NCBI GenBank assembly: GCA_018066045.1
Contig: JAGHSD010000005.1
Span: 1-60,915, forward strand
Length of the DNA stretch: 60,915 nt
DNA from: Candidatus Darwinimomas equi
Lineage (GTDB): Bacteria; Bacillota; Clostridia; Lachnospirales; Lachnospiraceae
Reading direction: 5' to 3'
Part shown: piece after piece, positions 1 through 10,401 of the stretch
How the letters are laid out: every line of letters begins with the position of its first letter
How positions within the stretch are numbered: position 1 is the stretch's first letter
Program-made: the position numbers and the translations under genes
The notes under the pieces: model-generated
What the model saw: the letters and a program-made list of their open reading frames with translations, nothing else
Told to the model about the DNA's origin: nothing
Database searches by the model: none

Positions 1-691
1 ACAGTAAAAGATGCGCCGGATAGAAAACATAAAACATATATTTCCATCCGTGTCCCTTCTCCCCGTTATACATATAGATAAGCGGAACTGCAAGAAACGA
101 AAACAGCTGAAACAGATTCCGTATTACAAACACGGCGGAACCGATACAGTATTCTGTGATTCTGTTTTTGCGGAACGCATACATCAATACAGCCGCAGCA
201 ACTGCCATATATCCGTATTCGCATTTCAGAAAATATGCCGTCAGGCATCCCGCCGCCGTCGCCGCTCCCGAAACAATAATTCTCCATTCTCCGTGTATTG
301 CATCCGAGCTGTATATTTTTCTTATCACCGCAGCCACTGTCAGACAGATTGTCAGTGTGAATACCACATTCTGTCTGGAAGGATCCCACATCGTCCCGTT
401 AAAAAGCAGATCAAACGGAATCTCCGATACAAGAGCCAGTACGGCAAGTCTTCCGATATATCTGAGTACGTTTCCCGTATGCAGAAGTCCCTCAATCAGC
501 ATAAAAATCATTATGGGAAATGTTACGCGCCCAACTGCTCTCATGGCATAATAAATGACCCTGAAGAAGAGCTGCTGTGTCTGAAGATCTCTCAGAAAAA
601 CCAGTCCGATATGATCCGCCAGCATACACAAAACAGCTACCGTCTTCAGGGCATCTGCACTTATTCCTCGGTTTTTTACAACTTCAGGCAT
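1..691 (-). CDS. TraX family membrane protein (partial; 3' end runs off the window)
   Basis: Absent from the ORF track because there is no stop codon in the window. My minus-strand translation from the ATG at 691 reads MPEVVKNRGISADALKTVAVLCMLADHIGLVFL...GHGWKYMFYVFYPAHLLL. It is multi-TM with TraX-like N-terminal (LK..A...M..DH) and C-terminal (FY.FYP.HL) hallmarks. AGAGG lies just upstream, 10 nt after the stop of the preceding gene. The + ORF 11..808 is its antisense artefact. Confidence 0.55.
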   Translation of the reverse strand, partial: MPEVVKNRGISADALKTVAVLCMLADHIGLVFLRDLQTQQLFFRVIYYAMRAVGRVTFPIMIFMLIEGLLHTGNVLRYIGRLAVLALVSEIPFDLLFNGTMWDPSRQNVVFTLTICLTVAAVIRKIYSSDAIHGEWRIIVSGAATAAGCLTAYFLKCEYGYMAVAAAVLMYAFRKNRITEYCIGSAVFVIRNLFQLFSFLAVPLIYMYNGEKGHGWKYMFYVFYPAHLLL

Positions 692-701
692 TTACCTCTG
701 C

Positions 702-1382
702 TTATTCGAGTTCCGATCTGCAATATGGACATTTATTGGCATCCGCCGATATTTCTGCTCTGCAATACGGGCAGATTTTATTTCCTTCTGAAGGTTTCGA
801 TTCCGTAAACATCTCTGCTTTCTTCTCTTCTGCTGGTGATACCTCGTTCTTAACCTCTTCTGCCGCTTGAACAGCCACCACGTCCGAAGGATTCCCTCCT
901 GTCATATCTGCCTGTGCAGCTGTTTCCGGTTCAACTGCTTTATTACGTGAGTCAAATGCAAGAATTCCCAGGAAAACCGGCTGAAGCAGAATCAGACCTG
1001 CTGCAAAAGCGCCTCCCATTCCGAAAGCCTGAGAAAGCTTTATGTTCGCGATTATCGTATAGACAATCAGGGCAATCGTCGCAGCCGTAAGAAGAATAAC
1101 CGGGATTAGTATACCTGCAACCGTAAATCCTCCGGAAATCCACGACAATCCCAAAATTCCCATGATTCCTTCAACAGTGGATGAAATCAGCCATACGGAT
1201 CCTACAATCTCCACGATTCCCGCAATCAGGTACAGCCAGAACAAAGATGTTTTGTAAATCCTCTTGCAAAGCACATAAACTCCGTAAAACGGAATCAGAC
1301 ATTTCCATCCGGCCAATCCCAGTTTTTCATAAACCATCCATGTGCAAACAATTGTAAAAACACAAATCGCCAATGATATCAT
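702..1382 (-). CDS. DUF5684-like multi-pass membrane protein with C-terminal zinc-ribbon
   Basis: The hydrophobic N-terminal two thirds (GLAGWKCLIPFYGVYVLCK; LSQAFGMGGAFAAGLILLQPVFLGILAF) resemble DUF5684 as I recall it. The C-terminus has two CxxC pairs (CPYCRAEISADANKCPYCRSELE). Confidence 0.6.
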   Translation of the reverse strand: MISLAICVFTIVCTWMVYEKLGLAGWKCLIPFYGVYVLCKRIYKTSLFWLYLIAGIVEIVGSVWLISSTVEGIMGILGLSWISGGFTVAGILIPVILLTAATIALIVYTIIANIKLSQAFGMGGAFAAGLILLQPVFLGILAFDSRNKAVEPETAAQADMTGGNPSDVVAVQAAEEVKNEVSPAEEKKAEMFTESKPSEGNKICPYCRAEISADANKCPYCRSELE

Positions 1383-1501
1383 GATAAGTACACCTCCGTA
1401 TTAACAAACTGACTTTCCATCATACCGTACCCCTTCAGCTATATTATACTATTTCTGCCGGGAAAGTTTCTGAAAAAACTGTGAACTTTCAATACTGCTG
1501 A

Positions 1502-2029
1502 TTATTCCGGCCTTCCCGCCGCAAGATTGTAATTCGTGTATTCTTTCTCCTTCGTTACTTCACGAATCACCTTTAACATAACAGGAAGCAAAACCTCTTC
1601 ATCTTCTCTTTCCAGTTCCACCTCTGCCGTAGCCCTGTCATCCCAGAACGGATAAATATCCACTTCCACTGTACGCTGATGATACGGAAGGCAGTATCTC
1701 GTTTTTGATATACTCCTTTTTTCTCCTACACCCTTTTCCGGCATCGTCAGAAAATCTCTTTCCGTTATTTCACATTCTTCCTCGATACGCACCATATCGC
1801 TTATCTTCTTTTTTCCGGTAAGATAGTAAACCGTTCCGTCAGCTGTCTTCCATGAGCGGACACGCAGCTTCTGCTCATTTTCGGTATCAAAATAAACCTG
1901 CGTGATCTCTGCTTTCACTACTCCCGGATAATTCTCGAGCCACCCTATATCCGGATACTCTATCAGATATTTTCTTTCGATTTCGAGCGGCTTCCCGTCC
2001 GCGGAAAGAGGCTTTCTGACTGTACTCAT
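1502..2029 (-). CDS. CYTH domain protein (triphosphate tunnel metalloenzyme family)
   Basis: The N-terminal LEIERKYLI motif and ~175 aa size fit the family. It has a 4-nt ATGA-type overlap with the upstream PPTase gene. Confidence 0.65.
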   Translation of the reverse strand: MSTVRKPLSADGKPLEIERKYLIEYPDIGWLENYPGVVKAEITQVYFDTENEQKLRVRSWKTADGTVYYLTGKKKISDMVRIEEECEITERDFLTMPEKGVGEKRSISKTRYCLPYHQRTVEVDIYPFWDDRATAEVELEREDEEVLLPVMLKVIREVTKEKEYTNYNLAAGRPE

Positions 2030-2721
2030 ATGGTGACTCCTTTCAGATTTATAAATTCAGGCAGGGTCGTACATGGTCTGTCTGCGATACACAGTGCACT
2101 TTTATATCCGTCCGGAGCATCATACTCGCTGAAATAGTATTTACCGCCACACGGATTTTTCGTAAGATATGCCTTATCCGAAACAGTAATCTCAAAACCG
2201 TCAAGCGGCATACTCATCCCCTTTCCGGTTACCTTCATATAACTTTCCTTGAGCGTCCAATACCGGTAAAACATATCCCGTTTTTCATGTTCTGTCGGCT
2301 GCGCCGCAATCGTCTCATACTCCCGGGGAAGAAAAAACTTCTTCGCAAGCAGTGTATCATCATCTCCCATCTTCTGAATATCGCAGCCGACCTCGCGGTC
2401 TGAAACCGCACACATCACATATTCTCCTGAATGAGAAAGATTAAAGAAAATGTTCCCGTCTCCCCCGATATACGGCTTGTTATTCTCTCCGTATGCAAAG
2501 CTTACTCTGTCCGGCCTGTCATAGCCGAACTTCTCAAGTGCAGCATACAGAAGAACCTCTGCACCGAGCGACAGTCTCCTGTCTTTTTCAAACCTGTATG
2601 CATCTGTCTTGCGTCTCCGTTCTTCGGAAACCCTCCCGTAAAAAGCATTAAACAGACATTCGTCTGACAGAATGTCTGTTCCTGCTATACATACAATTGT
2701 TTTCTCTTTGCTGCCGTTCAT
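2026..2721 (-). CDS. 4'-phosphopantetheinyl transferase, Sfp type
   Basis: Motifs GENNKPYI, FNLSHSGEYVMCAV..EVGCDIQ and WTLKESYMKVTGKG are typical of Sfp-family PPTases. Confidence 0.8.
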   Translation of the reverse strand: MNGSKEKTIVCIAGTDILSDECLFNAFYGRVSEERRRKTDAYRFEKDRRLSLGAEVLLYAALEKFGYDRPDRVSFAYGENNKPYIGGDGNIFFNLSHSGEYVMCAVSDREVGCDIQKMGDDDTLLAKKFFLPREYETIAAQPTEHEKRDMFYRYWTLKESYMKVTGKGMSMPLDGFEITVSDKAYLTKNPCGGKYYFSEYDAPDGYKSALCIADRPCTTLPEFINLKGVTI

Positions 2722-2752
2722 TATAATGTCAAAATACCCTCATTTACATTCT

Positions 2753-3763
2753 CTATGCTGCCATAGCAGTTCCGGCTCCTGAAACAAGCCACGCAGGAAC
2801 TTTCCTGAGCAGATAATCTCTCCATTCTATATAACAAGGCGCTTTAAGGTGTACCCCGTCTCCCGAAATATCTGACCGGAGAGCTCCCGTCTCATCATCA
2901 AACAGCGGATTGATGTCGATATAAAATACCTTATTATTATCTGCCAGCATTTTCAGCGCCTCATTGTTTCTGTTCACGATCTCGTTTTTAAATGCCGATG
3001 ATGCTGACTTGTTCTGTGTCGTATGAAGTATGCTTTGAATAAATACCGTTGCCTCAGGCTGAACTGCCTGAATCTGTTTTACTATCTCCCCGTATCGCTG
3101 TGCAAATACCTCCGGTGCATCTCCTCCTAATTCATTGATACCGAGAAGCAGATATACTTTTTTATATTGTTTCTGACCGAGCACATCCCAAAGTTTCCCC
3201 GTGCCTCCTCCCGGAAGGGTGAAACTCGCTTTTGATATTCCTTTTGTGCTTACTCCGACTGAATAGTAATAGTCCGCCCCGGGATTCTTGGAGTAGATAC
3301 TGAGGCCCTGAGTAAATGAATCTCCTATAAAGCAGGCATCATCAAAATATGACATGTCGGCAGTTACAAATACCGGCTGCGAAACCTGAACCGGCTGTGG
3401 GGGCTGTCCCTGCTGTGCGGGTTGTTCCTGCTGTGCGGGCTGTTCCTGCTGTGCAGGCTGAGTCCCGGCCGTGCTATCTGCTGCCTGCTCCGGTATCTTT
3501 GCTTCATTTTCCGGTATCCCCGGGCCTATCTCTGAATATGTATCATTTGAAGCTAATTTTACTGCTGCGGATGCCTTAACCGGAAGATCCTCTTCCTGTA
3601 AAGACGGAGTCTCCGTAAATGCCTGAAATACCAGTGCCGGAGCCGGCACATCCATATGCTGTCTGCGATATGCTCCGTAAACCTGATCATTACACACAAC
3701 CACCAGGCTTAAAATCATTGCCGTGGCCGCTACAAACCAAATCAAATTATTATGTTTTTTCAT
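2753..3763 (-). CDS. membrane-anchored SGNH/GDSL hydrolase-fold protein (DltD/PatB-like partner of the MBOAT)
   Basis: It has an N-terminal TM anchor (LIWFVAATAMILSLVVV) and a Q/P-rich linker. SGNH block I is FIGDSFTQG and block V is DGVHL. It lies 25 nt downstream of the MBOAT gene. Confidence 0.7.
   Translation of the reverse strand: MKKHNNLIWFVAATAMILSLVVVCNDQVYGAYRRQHMDVPAPALVFQAFTETPSLQEEDLPVKASAAVKLASNDTYSEIGPGIPENEAKIPEQAADSTAGTQPAQQEQPAQQEQPAQQGQPPQPVQVSQPVFVTADMSYFDDACFIGDSFTQGLSIYSKNPGADYYYSVGVSTKGISKASFTLPGGGTGKLWDVLGQKQYKKVYLLLGINELGGDAPEVFAQRYGEIVKQIQAVQPEATVFIQSILHTTQNKSASSAFKNEIVNRNNEALKMLADNNKVFYIDINPLFDDETGALRSDISGDGVHLKAPCYIEWRDYLLRKVPAWLVSGAGTAMAA
3404..3457 (-). repeat. 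3 x 18-nt in-frame tandem repeat encoding (PAQQEQ)3 linker
   Basis: Units ctgtccctgctgtgcggg / ttgttcctgctgtgcggg / ctgttcctgctgtgcagg on the + strand. They translate on the minus strand as PAQQEQPAQQEQPAQQGQ inside the SGNH protein. Confidence 0.85.
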
Positions 3764-3788
3764 ATTTCAATTCCCCCAACCTGCAGCA

Positions 3789-5180
3789 TCAGAAACTGCA
3801 GTACATAAACGGATTGCTGCCCTGCTTTGCTATCATATAAACCGATGCCCAGAATACAACAAAAAGCATCACTGTAACCACCGGACTTTTTCTGTTTTTT
3901 TCATACCATTTTCTGAAGAACGGCAGGCAGAAAAATATACCTGCTGCAAGAAACGGCCATTTTGATTTTAGCACCTCGACATAGTCCTGAAAATAAACAA
4001 ATTCATTCGCTTTTCTTAAGAAGGGATACAATCTTGTAAAATAATTTCCTATATCCCTTATATCGGGAATCGCAAATACTACCCATGTCTGAACGATGAC
4101 AAAACATACATAAAAATGTGCTGCTGCCGGATGCTTTTCCAAAAATCCATTAAGCAGGAACCTCTCCAGAAGAATAAAAGTCAGCAGGCACAATCCCCAC
4201 AGGATATAATTGAAAGTTGATCCATGCCATATTCCGGTGCACAGCCACACTGCGCTCAGACTCAGTATCAGTCTCAGTTTTCCGTTTTTACTTCCTCCCA
4301 GAGGAATATAGACATAATCCCTGAACCATGTTCCCAAAGTAATATGCCATCTGCGCCAGAACTCGGATATTGAACGGGATAAATAAGGCAGATCAAAATT
4401 GGCCGGCAGATCAAATCCGCACATTTTTCCTATTCCCATGGCCATAAGCGAATATCCGTTAAAATCAAAATACAGCCGCAGGCTGAAACTCAGTGCTCCT
4501 ATCCATGCGAGCGGAGTCGATATGCTCTCGAATCCTATAGACAGAATATGCTCCCATACCGGTGCAAGTGAATCCGCTATCAGCACCTTCATTCCGAATC
4601 CTATAACAAAAGTACAGAATCCTTCTTCGATATTTTCTCTTGTTGTCCCGCAGCTTTTCAGCTTTTCCTGCATTTCCCCGTATTTTACTATAGGTCCGCT
4701 GATCAGTTTCGGAAAGAAGGCTGCGTAGCCGGAATATGTAATTATATCCCTGTCTGCAGCAATTGTCCCTCTGTAAACATCTATAACATATGATGCGAAG
4801 GAGAATGTGTAGAAGCTTATTCCCAGAGGCATAACCAATTCCGGCAGAACACTCCTGAATCCGAAACCCTCTGGAATTATGACTGAAATCAGGTTTGCAT
4901 ATTTAAAAAACAGCAGTACTCCGGAATTCACTAATAGTGTCAGTATCAGAATTAATTTCTTAATTCCTCCTGCGGTTTTTGATATCAGAATTGCCGATAC
5001 ATAATTCAGCAGAGCGCTTCCGATATAAAAGATCAGTCCCGGTATACCCGCTCCGAAACAGTAAAAGCACAACCCGGAAACCGGCAGGACAATACGCTTC
5101 AGTTTTGCTCCTGCCAGCACATAAATTATCATAAATACCGGTAAAAACCAGAATATGAATTTGAGATCCGATAGTGCCAT
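3789..5180 (-). CDS. MBOAT family O-acyltransferase (AlgI/DltB/PatA-like)
   Basis: 463 aa, polytopic. It carries MBOAT signatures (FWRRWHITLGTWFRDYVYIPLGGS; His in WHG). Confidence 0.85.
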   Translation of the reverse strand: MALSDLKFIFWFLPVFMIIYVLAGAKLKRIVLPVSGLCFYCFGAGIPGLIFYIGSALLNYVSAILISKTAGGIKKLILILTLLVNSGVLLFFKYANLISVIIPEGFGFRSVLPELVMPLGISFYTFSFASYVIDVYRGTIAADRDIITYSGYAAFFPKLISGPIVKYGEMQEKLKSCGTTRENIEEGFCTFVIGFGMKVLIADSLAPVWEHILSIGFESISTPLAWIGALSFSLRLYFDFNGYSLMAMGIGKMCGFDLPANFDLPYLSRSISEFWRRWHITLGTWFRDYVYIPLGGSKNGKLRLILSLSAVWLCTGIWHGSTFNYILWGLCLLTFILLERFLLNGFLEKHPAAAHFYVCFVIVQTWVVFAIPDIRDIGNYFTRLYPFLRKANEFVYFQDYVEVLKSKWPFLAAGIFFCLPFFRKWYEKNRKSPVVTVMLFVVFWASVYMIAKQGSNPFMYCSF

Positions 5181-5182
5181 TA

Positions 5183-6007
5183 TTATTTATTATTAAGAAT
5201 TATATGTTCCATAGCCCATGCCGCTCCGTCCTCATCATTGGACGGTACCACATAGTCAGCTATTTCCTTTATAGCATCCGGTGCATTGCCCATAGCCACA
5301 CCGATACCTGCATATTCAATCATTGATCTGTCGTTTCCTGAGTCTCCTATTGCCATGATCTCATCTCTGGCAATGCCAAGCTTTTCACCCAGCCACTTAA
5401 GCGCCATCCCTTTGTCTGCTTTTGGATTGGATACTTCCACACAGTATTTCCCGCACCATACTATCGAAAACGGAAGCTCACTGAGTTTCTCATAAGCTTT
5501 CTCCGCCTCTTCATGACTGATAAAGGAGACATGGAATTTTTCCACAGGATCCTTTCTCTTATCAAAAAAGTCCGCCATATCGTCAACATACCTGTAAGGA
5601 AGATCTATTGTTGCCAGACCTTCTATATATTCAGGAAATCGTCTGCATTTTTCCCACGCCCTGTCTACCGTATAGACCCAGTGATCTCCCTGAACAAAAA
5701 TCAGGCAGTCAAACTTTGCGTATATATCATATATTTTCCTTGCATCTTCAATATCTATGGGAAAGAAATACGGACATTCTCCTGTCTTGAGATTCAGTAT
5801 ATATGTTCCGTTTGCAAAGATGGAGTATTCCATAGGAAGGCGGTCATAATATAATTCGCTTTCAGAATTGGATCTTCCGGTATTCAATATGAATTTAATT
5901 CCCCTGTCACTAATATCACGGACAGCTTTTTCTGTCCGTGATGTCAGCTTCTGGTTATAATGAATCAGCGTGCCGTCCATATCGGCGGCAACCAGTTTTA
6001 TACTCAT
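5183..6007 (-). CDS. Cof-type HAD-IIB phosphatase
   Basis: I trimmed the start to MSIKLVAADMDGTLI (HAD motif I DxDGT). The C-terminal motif is GDSGNDRSM. The ATG lies 1 nt after the pfp stop (TGA-t-ATG). Confidence 0.8.
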   Translation of the reverse strand: MSIKLVAADMDGTLIHYNQKLTSRTEKAVRDISDRGIKFILNTGRSNSESELYYDRLPMEYSIFANGTYILNLKTGECPYFFPIDIEDARKIYDIYAKFDCLIFVQGDHWVYTVDRAWEKCRRFPEYIEGLATIDLPYRYVDDMADFFDKRKDPVEKFHVSFISHEEAEKAYEKLSELPFSIVWCGKYCVEVSNPKADKGMALKWLGEKLGIARDEIMAIGDSGNDRSMIEYAGIGVAMGNAPDAIKEIADYVVPSNDEDGAAWAMEHIILNNK

Positions 6008-6008
6008 A

Positions 6009-7667
6009 TCAGCCTTTTTCAAGTGCCAGTGTTCTGGTTGTAAGATCACAAACCTCTGTCGGTCCGTAATACTGGATTGCTCCCGGATATGTATAGGCTG
6101 TCTCTACTGCCCATGCCTCTCTGTGTGCCTCAAAATACTTAAACGGCTTTCCGTCAAGTTCTACCAGTGCTTTTCTGATAACCGGTTTGTCCTTACCGTT
6201 TCTTCTCTCCATGTTAAACATCTTGGAGATCGGCATTCCTCCTGCAACCCACTCCTCGGCAGGTTTTGAAAGATTTGAAACCTTTGACAGATATCCTGTG
6301 TATCCGTACTGGATAAGCATGAAAGCATTGTATCCGAGTGAATAGCAGTAGTCTGCATCGAAGTTTGACGGGAATGCACATCTTCCCTCATATCCGAAGA
6401 AATGATGCTGTGCACTGAATTTACCCTTGTATGTTCCTGCTTCTTTCATCTTTGCAAGCTTCTCTTTTACCATAGCTGAGAAAAGCTTTTCAGATTCAAT
6501 AAGACTTACCTGAACATTACCGTGCGGATCTCTCTCAAGGAAAAGCTGCTGCTGAATTCCCTGCGGAAGAACTTCAAATACTGCCATTGCATCAGCTGAA
6601 AGTCCTGCCTTGATAAATGCGTACTTATCTTCCCATGTCGGAAGCGCATTGAACTTCTCTGTGTTGCTTCCTGCAAGCAGCTCATTGATTTCTTTAATAA
6701 GCATTGAGAATTCCGGAACAAACTCAACAATACCTTCCGGAATGATAGCAACTCCGAAGTTATCTCCGTTAGCTGCTCTCTTTGCAACTGAATCTGCAAT
6801 CTGGTCTGCAATCTGTGAAAGAGACATCTTCTTCTCTGCAACTTCTTCACCGATAAGACAGATATTCGGCTGTGTCTCAAGTGCACACTCAAGAGCAACG
6901 TGAGAAGCAGAACGTCCCATAACTTTTACAAAATGCCAGTATTTCTTTGCAGAATTCGCGTCTCTTTCGATATTTCCGATCAGTTCACTGTATGTCTTTG
7001 TTGCTGTATCGAATCCGAAGGAAATCTCAATATCCTCGTTCTTAAGATCTCCGTCGATGGTCTTCGGACATCCGATAACCTGAACTCCTGTATTGTGTGC
7101 TGCCATATATTCTGCCAGAACTGCTGCATTTGTATTTGAATCGTCTCCGCCGATAATTACAATTGCTGTAACTCCATGTTTTTTGCAGACTTCCGTAACA
7201 ATTGCGAACTGCTCTTCAGTCTCAAGTTTTGTTCTTCCTGAGCCGATAATATCAAAACCACCCGTATTTCTGTATGCGTCGATAAACTCATCATTGAATT
7301 CAACATAATCATCTTCGATAAGTCCGCTCGGGCCGCCCTTGAATCCTAAAAGCACATTGGATTTATCTGTTGCCTTGATTGCATCATAAAGTCCGCAGAT
7401 TACATTATGTCCGCCGGGTGCCTGTCCGCCTGAAAGGATAACGCCTACTACCTGCTTTTTCGGTGCAGATGTGTTCCTGCCTTTTTCAAAAGTAACTTCT
7501 TTTTTGCCATATGTATTCGGGAAAAGCGCTTTGATCTGATCCTGATCTGCTACGCTCTGGGTTTCTGACCCCTCTTTTACGCAGATATCTGCAATTCCGT
7601 TTCTGAGCATTCCCGGAAGCTTCGGTGTATACTCATATCTTGCTTTCTGAAGTGGTGAAAGGTTCAT
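6009..7667 (-). CDS. pfp: diphosphate--fructose-6-phosphate 1-phosphotransferase (PPi-PFK)
   Basis: Long-form PFK with GGDDSNT, PKTIDGD and MGR motifs. I trimmed the start to [13 protein letters not shown], which has a GGAGG RBS upstream (ORF-track start 7736 has none). Confidence 0.9.
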   Translation of the reverse strand: MNLSPLQKARYEYTPKLPGMLRNGIADICVKEGSETQSVADQDQIKALFPNTYGKKEVTFEKGRNTSAPKKQVVGVILSGGQAPGGHNVICGLYDAIKATDKSNVLLGFKGGPSGLIEDDYVEFNDEFIDAYRNTGGFDIIGSGRTKLETEEQFAIVTEVCKKHGVTAIVIIGGDDSNTNAAVLAEYMAAHNTGVQVIGCPKTIDGDLKNEDIEISFGFDTATKTYSELIGNIERDANSAKKYWHFVKVMGRSASHVALECALETQPNICLIGEEVAEKKMSLSQIADQIADSVAKRAANGDNFGVAIIPEGIVEFVPEFSMLIKEINELLAGSNTEKFNALPTWEDKYAFIKAGLSADAMAVFEVLPQGIQQQLFLERDPHGNVQVSLIESEKLFSAMVKEKLAKMKEAGTYKGKFSAQHHFFGYEGRCAFPSNFDADYCYSLGYNAFMLIQYGYTGYLSKVSNLSKPAEEWVAGGMPISKMFNMERRNGKDKPVIRKALVELDGKPFKYFEAHREAWAVETAYTYPGAIQYYGPTEVCDLTTRTLALEKG

Positions 7668-7769
7668 TTTGTCTTTCCTCCTGTCTGTACTCTTTTTTAT
7701 TAAACCGGTGATAATACCGATGAAAACACTATCCACAAAATTGTATCACAATTTGCCTGACCTGCCTAC

Positions 7770-8705
7770 CTACCGCCCGTAAACATTCAGAAAATCTTCC
7801 GTCATATATTTATATTTCTGTTCTTCGACCAGAAAACTTATGCCATGACCCGCTTCAGGATACGTAACAAACTGAATCATTTCGGGATTTGCCTCGTAGA
7901 TCTGTTTTCCCATCTTACACGGAACGAAACGGTCATCTTCCCCGTGAGCAATCAGAATCGGAATTCTTGTTTTCTTTACTGCTTCAACTGCGCTGCATTC
8001 CTCCAGATTGAAATGTCCTATAATTCCTGCTCCGAGCTTCACAAAAGGATACAGCAGCCAAACCGGCAGCTTCTTGTCCTTTGCAACTTTTTTAATAATA
8101 TCTGCAGGAGACGAATAACCGCAATCGGCCAGAATGCCCTTTACATTAACGGGAAGATCCAGTTCCGATGCCATAAGTACCGTAGCAGCTCCCATGGAAA
8201 TACCGCTTAGAAAGATTTTTGTATCGGGTCCGAATCTTTTAATGACATAATCGCACCAGCTGATACAGTCATGTCTCTCTAAGATTCCGAAGGAAACCAC
8301 ATGCCCTTCAGATTCCTCATGGCCGCGCTGATCTACCAGAATCAGGTTATAGCCTTTTTCAATCATGTGGGGACCTTCTCCGCAATAATCATGAACTGCC
8401 ATACTTCTGTAACCATGGAATCCTATCACAAAAGGTTTCCCGGGATTTCCCCTGTAGAACTTTCCGGATAGTTTAAGACCGTCTTCCGACATCGTCTCCA
8501 CTTTTTCATAAGACACTCTTGAAAAATCAAAAATCATTCTGGCCATAGTCTGGCGGTACGGCTGATACTGTCCTGTATTCGGTATCTTGAAAACATCACC
8601 CTGTGTCTGATGCGGCGTGTAGAAAGCTTCATAATAACACACCAACATCGCAGCTACAGCTGCGATGATAAGAATTCCAAGAATGATAAAAATAAACTTA
8701 ACCAT
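7770..8705 (-). CDS. alpha/beta hydrolase with N-terminal TM anchor
   Basis: The nucleophile elbow is GISMGA. The acid and His regions are HGEDDRFVP and AGHG. The N-terminal helix is IFIILGILIIAAVAAMLV. Confidence 0.75.
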   Translation of the reverse strand: MVKFIFIILGILIIAAVAAMLVCYYEAFYTPHQTQGDVFKIPNTGQYQPYRQTMARMIFDFSRVSYEKVETMSEDGLKLSGKFYRGNPGKPFVIGFHGYRSMAVHDYCGEGPHMIEKGYNLILVDQRGHEESEGHVVSFGILERHDCISWCDYVIKRFGPDTKIFLSGISMGAATVLMASELDLPVNVKGILADCGYSSPADIIKKVAKDKKLPVWLLYPFVKLGAGIIGHFNLEECSAVEAVKKTRIPILIAHGEDDRFVPCKMGKQIYEANPEMIQFVTYPEAGHGISFLVEEQKYKYMTEDFLNVYGR

Positions 8706-9234
8706 GTTCTATCCTCAATGTTTTTATTCCATAGATAACTATTAAAATCTGTGAAGGCAGATAAAATGTCCATATCAGCACAAGCATCAGTGTCGACATA
8801 TCCGCCGGGAGTACAGACCTGAGCCCGACACACACATCACAGCAGAAAAACAATGTCAAACCGATGGCAAAAAGCAGTTTCCCGTTTTTACGCTGTTTCC
8901 ATGCACAGAAGGCATTCATCCCAAGCATGGTAATATCCAAAACAGCTAACACATTTTGCAATGAAAACATTCTTATCAAAAGCAGTATTCCACACAGAAT
9001 GCCGAATATGGCTGCCCGAAGTATGAGGCCTGTCCGTGTCGGGTTTAAATGCAGCATATACATTGTCTGTACTATACAGAACAGAGCAATACCCATTGTA
9101 AGATGTGTCTGCGTAATTGACAGAAAATAATCCCCCGCAAGGGTACAAGCCCAGGCTGCAATAAACAGGACAAGTGTCCTTGCGAATATTCTGTTCTGTT
9201 TTTTTTCACCGCTTCTACCGTCCATAGAACTCAT
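8698..9234 (-). CDS. small polytopic membrane protein, possibly YhhN/lysoplasmalogenase-like
   Basis: It has about 6 hydrophobic segments. The GDYFL and CCDVCVGL motifs are reminiscent of the YhhN family. It overlaps miaA (20 nt) and the hydrolase gene (8 nt). The family assignment is weak. Confidence 0.4.
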   Translation of the reverse strand: MSSMDGRSGEKKQNRIFARTLVLFIAAWACTLAGDYFLSITQTHLTMGIALFCIVQTMYMLHLNPTRTGLILRAAIFGILCGILLLIRMFSLQNVLAVLDITMLGMNAFCAWKQRKNGKLLFAIGLTLFFCCDVCVGLRSVLPADMSTLMLVLIWTFYLPSQILIVIYGIKTLRIEHG

Positions 9235-10111
9235 CTATCAATTTCACGGATTCTCCTATGGGATCATCGTCCATCTCTATCCAGTGAATGTCTTTTCTTT
9301 TTCTGAACCATGTCATCTGACCTTTTGCCAGATGTCTTATCTCCATGAACAGTTTGTTATAGAAGGCATCAAAGTTTTCAAACTCCCCTCTAAGATACAT
9401 AAGAATATATCTGTATTCCAGTCCGAGCCCGTACAGGAATTCATCAGTCGCACCTTCGGCACGAAGTCTTATCACCTCGTCTATCATTCCCTGATCAAGT
9501 CTTCTGTCCAGACGTTCCCGTATACGTTCATACAGAACCTCTCTCGGCCATGTAACTCCTATAACCAATGTATCATATCCGGGAGTATTGATGCGTTTTC
9601 CGGTGTCTCCTGCCAGTGCTCTTTCTGCAGTCCTCTCAATTCTCTGAGTATTATTGAGATCCAGACCTTCCAGTGCAGCCGGATTCTTCTCTTTAATGAT
9701 TTCTATCAGTTCCTCTCTGGTTCTGGAGTTCAGTTCACGTCTCAGATTCATATCGGGATTCTGAAGCTTAATATTATACCCGTCTACAACGGCATTAATA
9801 TACAGTCCCGTTCCTCCCACCAGAAACGCTTTTTTATCTCTTGCCAGAATATCATCTATAGCTTCATAAGCCTGTTTCTGAAAATCAACAAGAGAGAAGA
9901 AATCATTAGGAAGCGCCACATCAAGTAAATGATGTGGCACTCCCTGCATTTCCTCTTTTGTAACTTTTCCTGAACCAAGATCCAGTCCCTTATAGACCTG
10001 TCTGGAATCGGCCGAAACTATCTCTGCCGAGTATTTTTTTGCCAGTTCTATCCCCAGACCGCTTTTACCTGATGCATTGGTTCCCGTGATAACTACAAGT
10101 TTTTTGCCCAA
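9215..10111 (-). CDS. miaA: tRNA dimethylallyltransferase
   Basis: P-loop GTNASGKS, then SADSRQVYKGLDLGSGK and GGTGLY. It uses a TTG start with GAGGAAGAGG upstream. Confidence 0.9.
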   Translation of the reverse strand: MGKKLVVITGTNASGKSGLGIELAKKYSAEIVSADSRQVYKGLDLGSGKVTKEEMQGVPHHLLDVALPNDFFSLVDFQKQAYEAIDDILARDKKAFLVGGTGLYINAVVDGYNIKLQNPDMNLRRELNSRTREELIEIIKEKNPAALEGLDLNNTQRIERTAERALAGDTGKRINTPGYDTLVIGVTWPREVLYERIRERLDRRLDQGMIDEVIRLRAEGATDEFLYGLGLEYRYILMYLRGEFENFDAFYNKLFMEIRHLAKGQMTWFRKRKDIHWIEMDDDPIGESVKLIDEFYGR

Positions 10112-10356
10112 TTACTGTGCCTCTTCCTCACATTCTTTTATTGCCTTGAGATTTTCTTTCTCAATTTCCGAAAGAACTCTGTCATCAAACCTCGTCTTTG
10201 CATACCATTGTATTGGATTTTACAGGTAAAATCAATGACCCGCAGTGAGGCAGGGTACCGGATAAAGTGCCGACAATTTTACAGCCTCGCACGGGCCACA
10301 CCGTTCTGATAACTTCATTATTGCGGACTCACCACGTGCTCTCGTCTGATACCATT

Positions 10357-10401
10357 GCGTACAGCAGGAGGGAGGCATAGCGCCTCCCTCCTGCTGTACG
10401 C
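10357..10401. repeat. perfect 20-bp inverted repeat (GC-rich hairpin, 5-nt loop)
   Basis: gcgtacagcaggagggaggc-atagc-gcctccctcctgctgtacgc. The outermost 2 bp overlap the 3' end of the tRNA-like gene. No U-tract follows on either strand. Confidence 0.9.

Noticed and set aside
11-808. 265-aa + strand ORF at the window start
   Set aside because: Its composition is R/K/C/H/Q-rich and protein-unlike. It is exactly antisense to a much more convincing TraX-like membrane protein frame (1..691) and to the 3' end of the 702..1382 gene.
9284-9928. 214-aa + strand ORF
   Set aside because: It is antisense to miaA and has no recognisable features.
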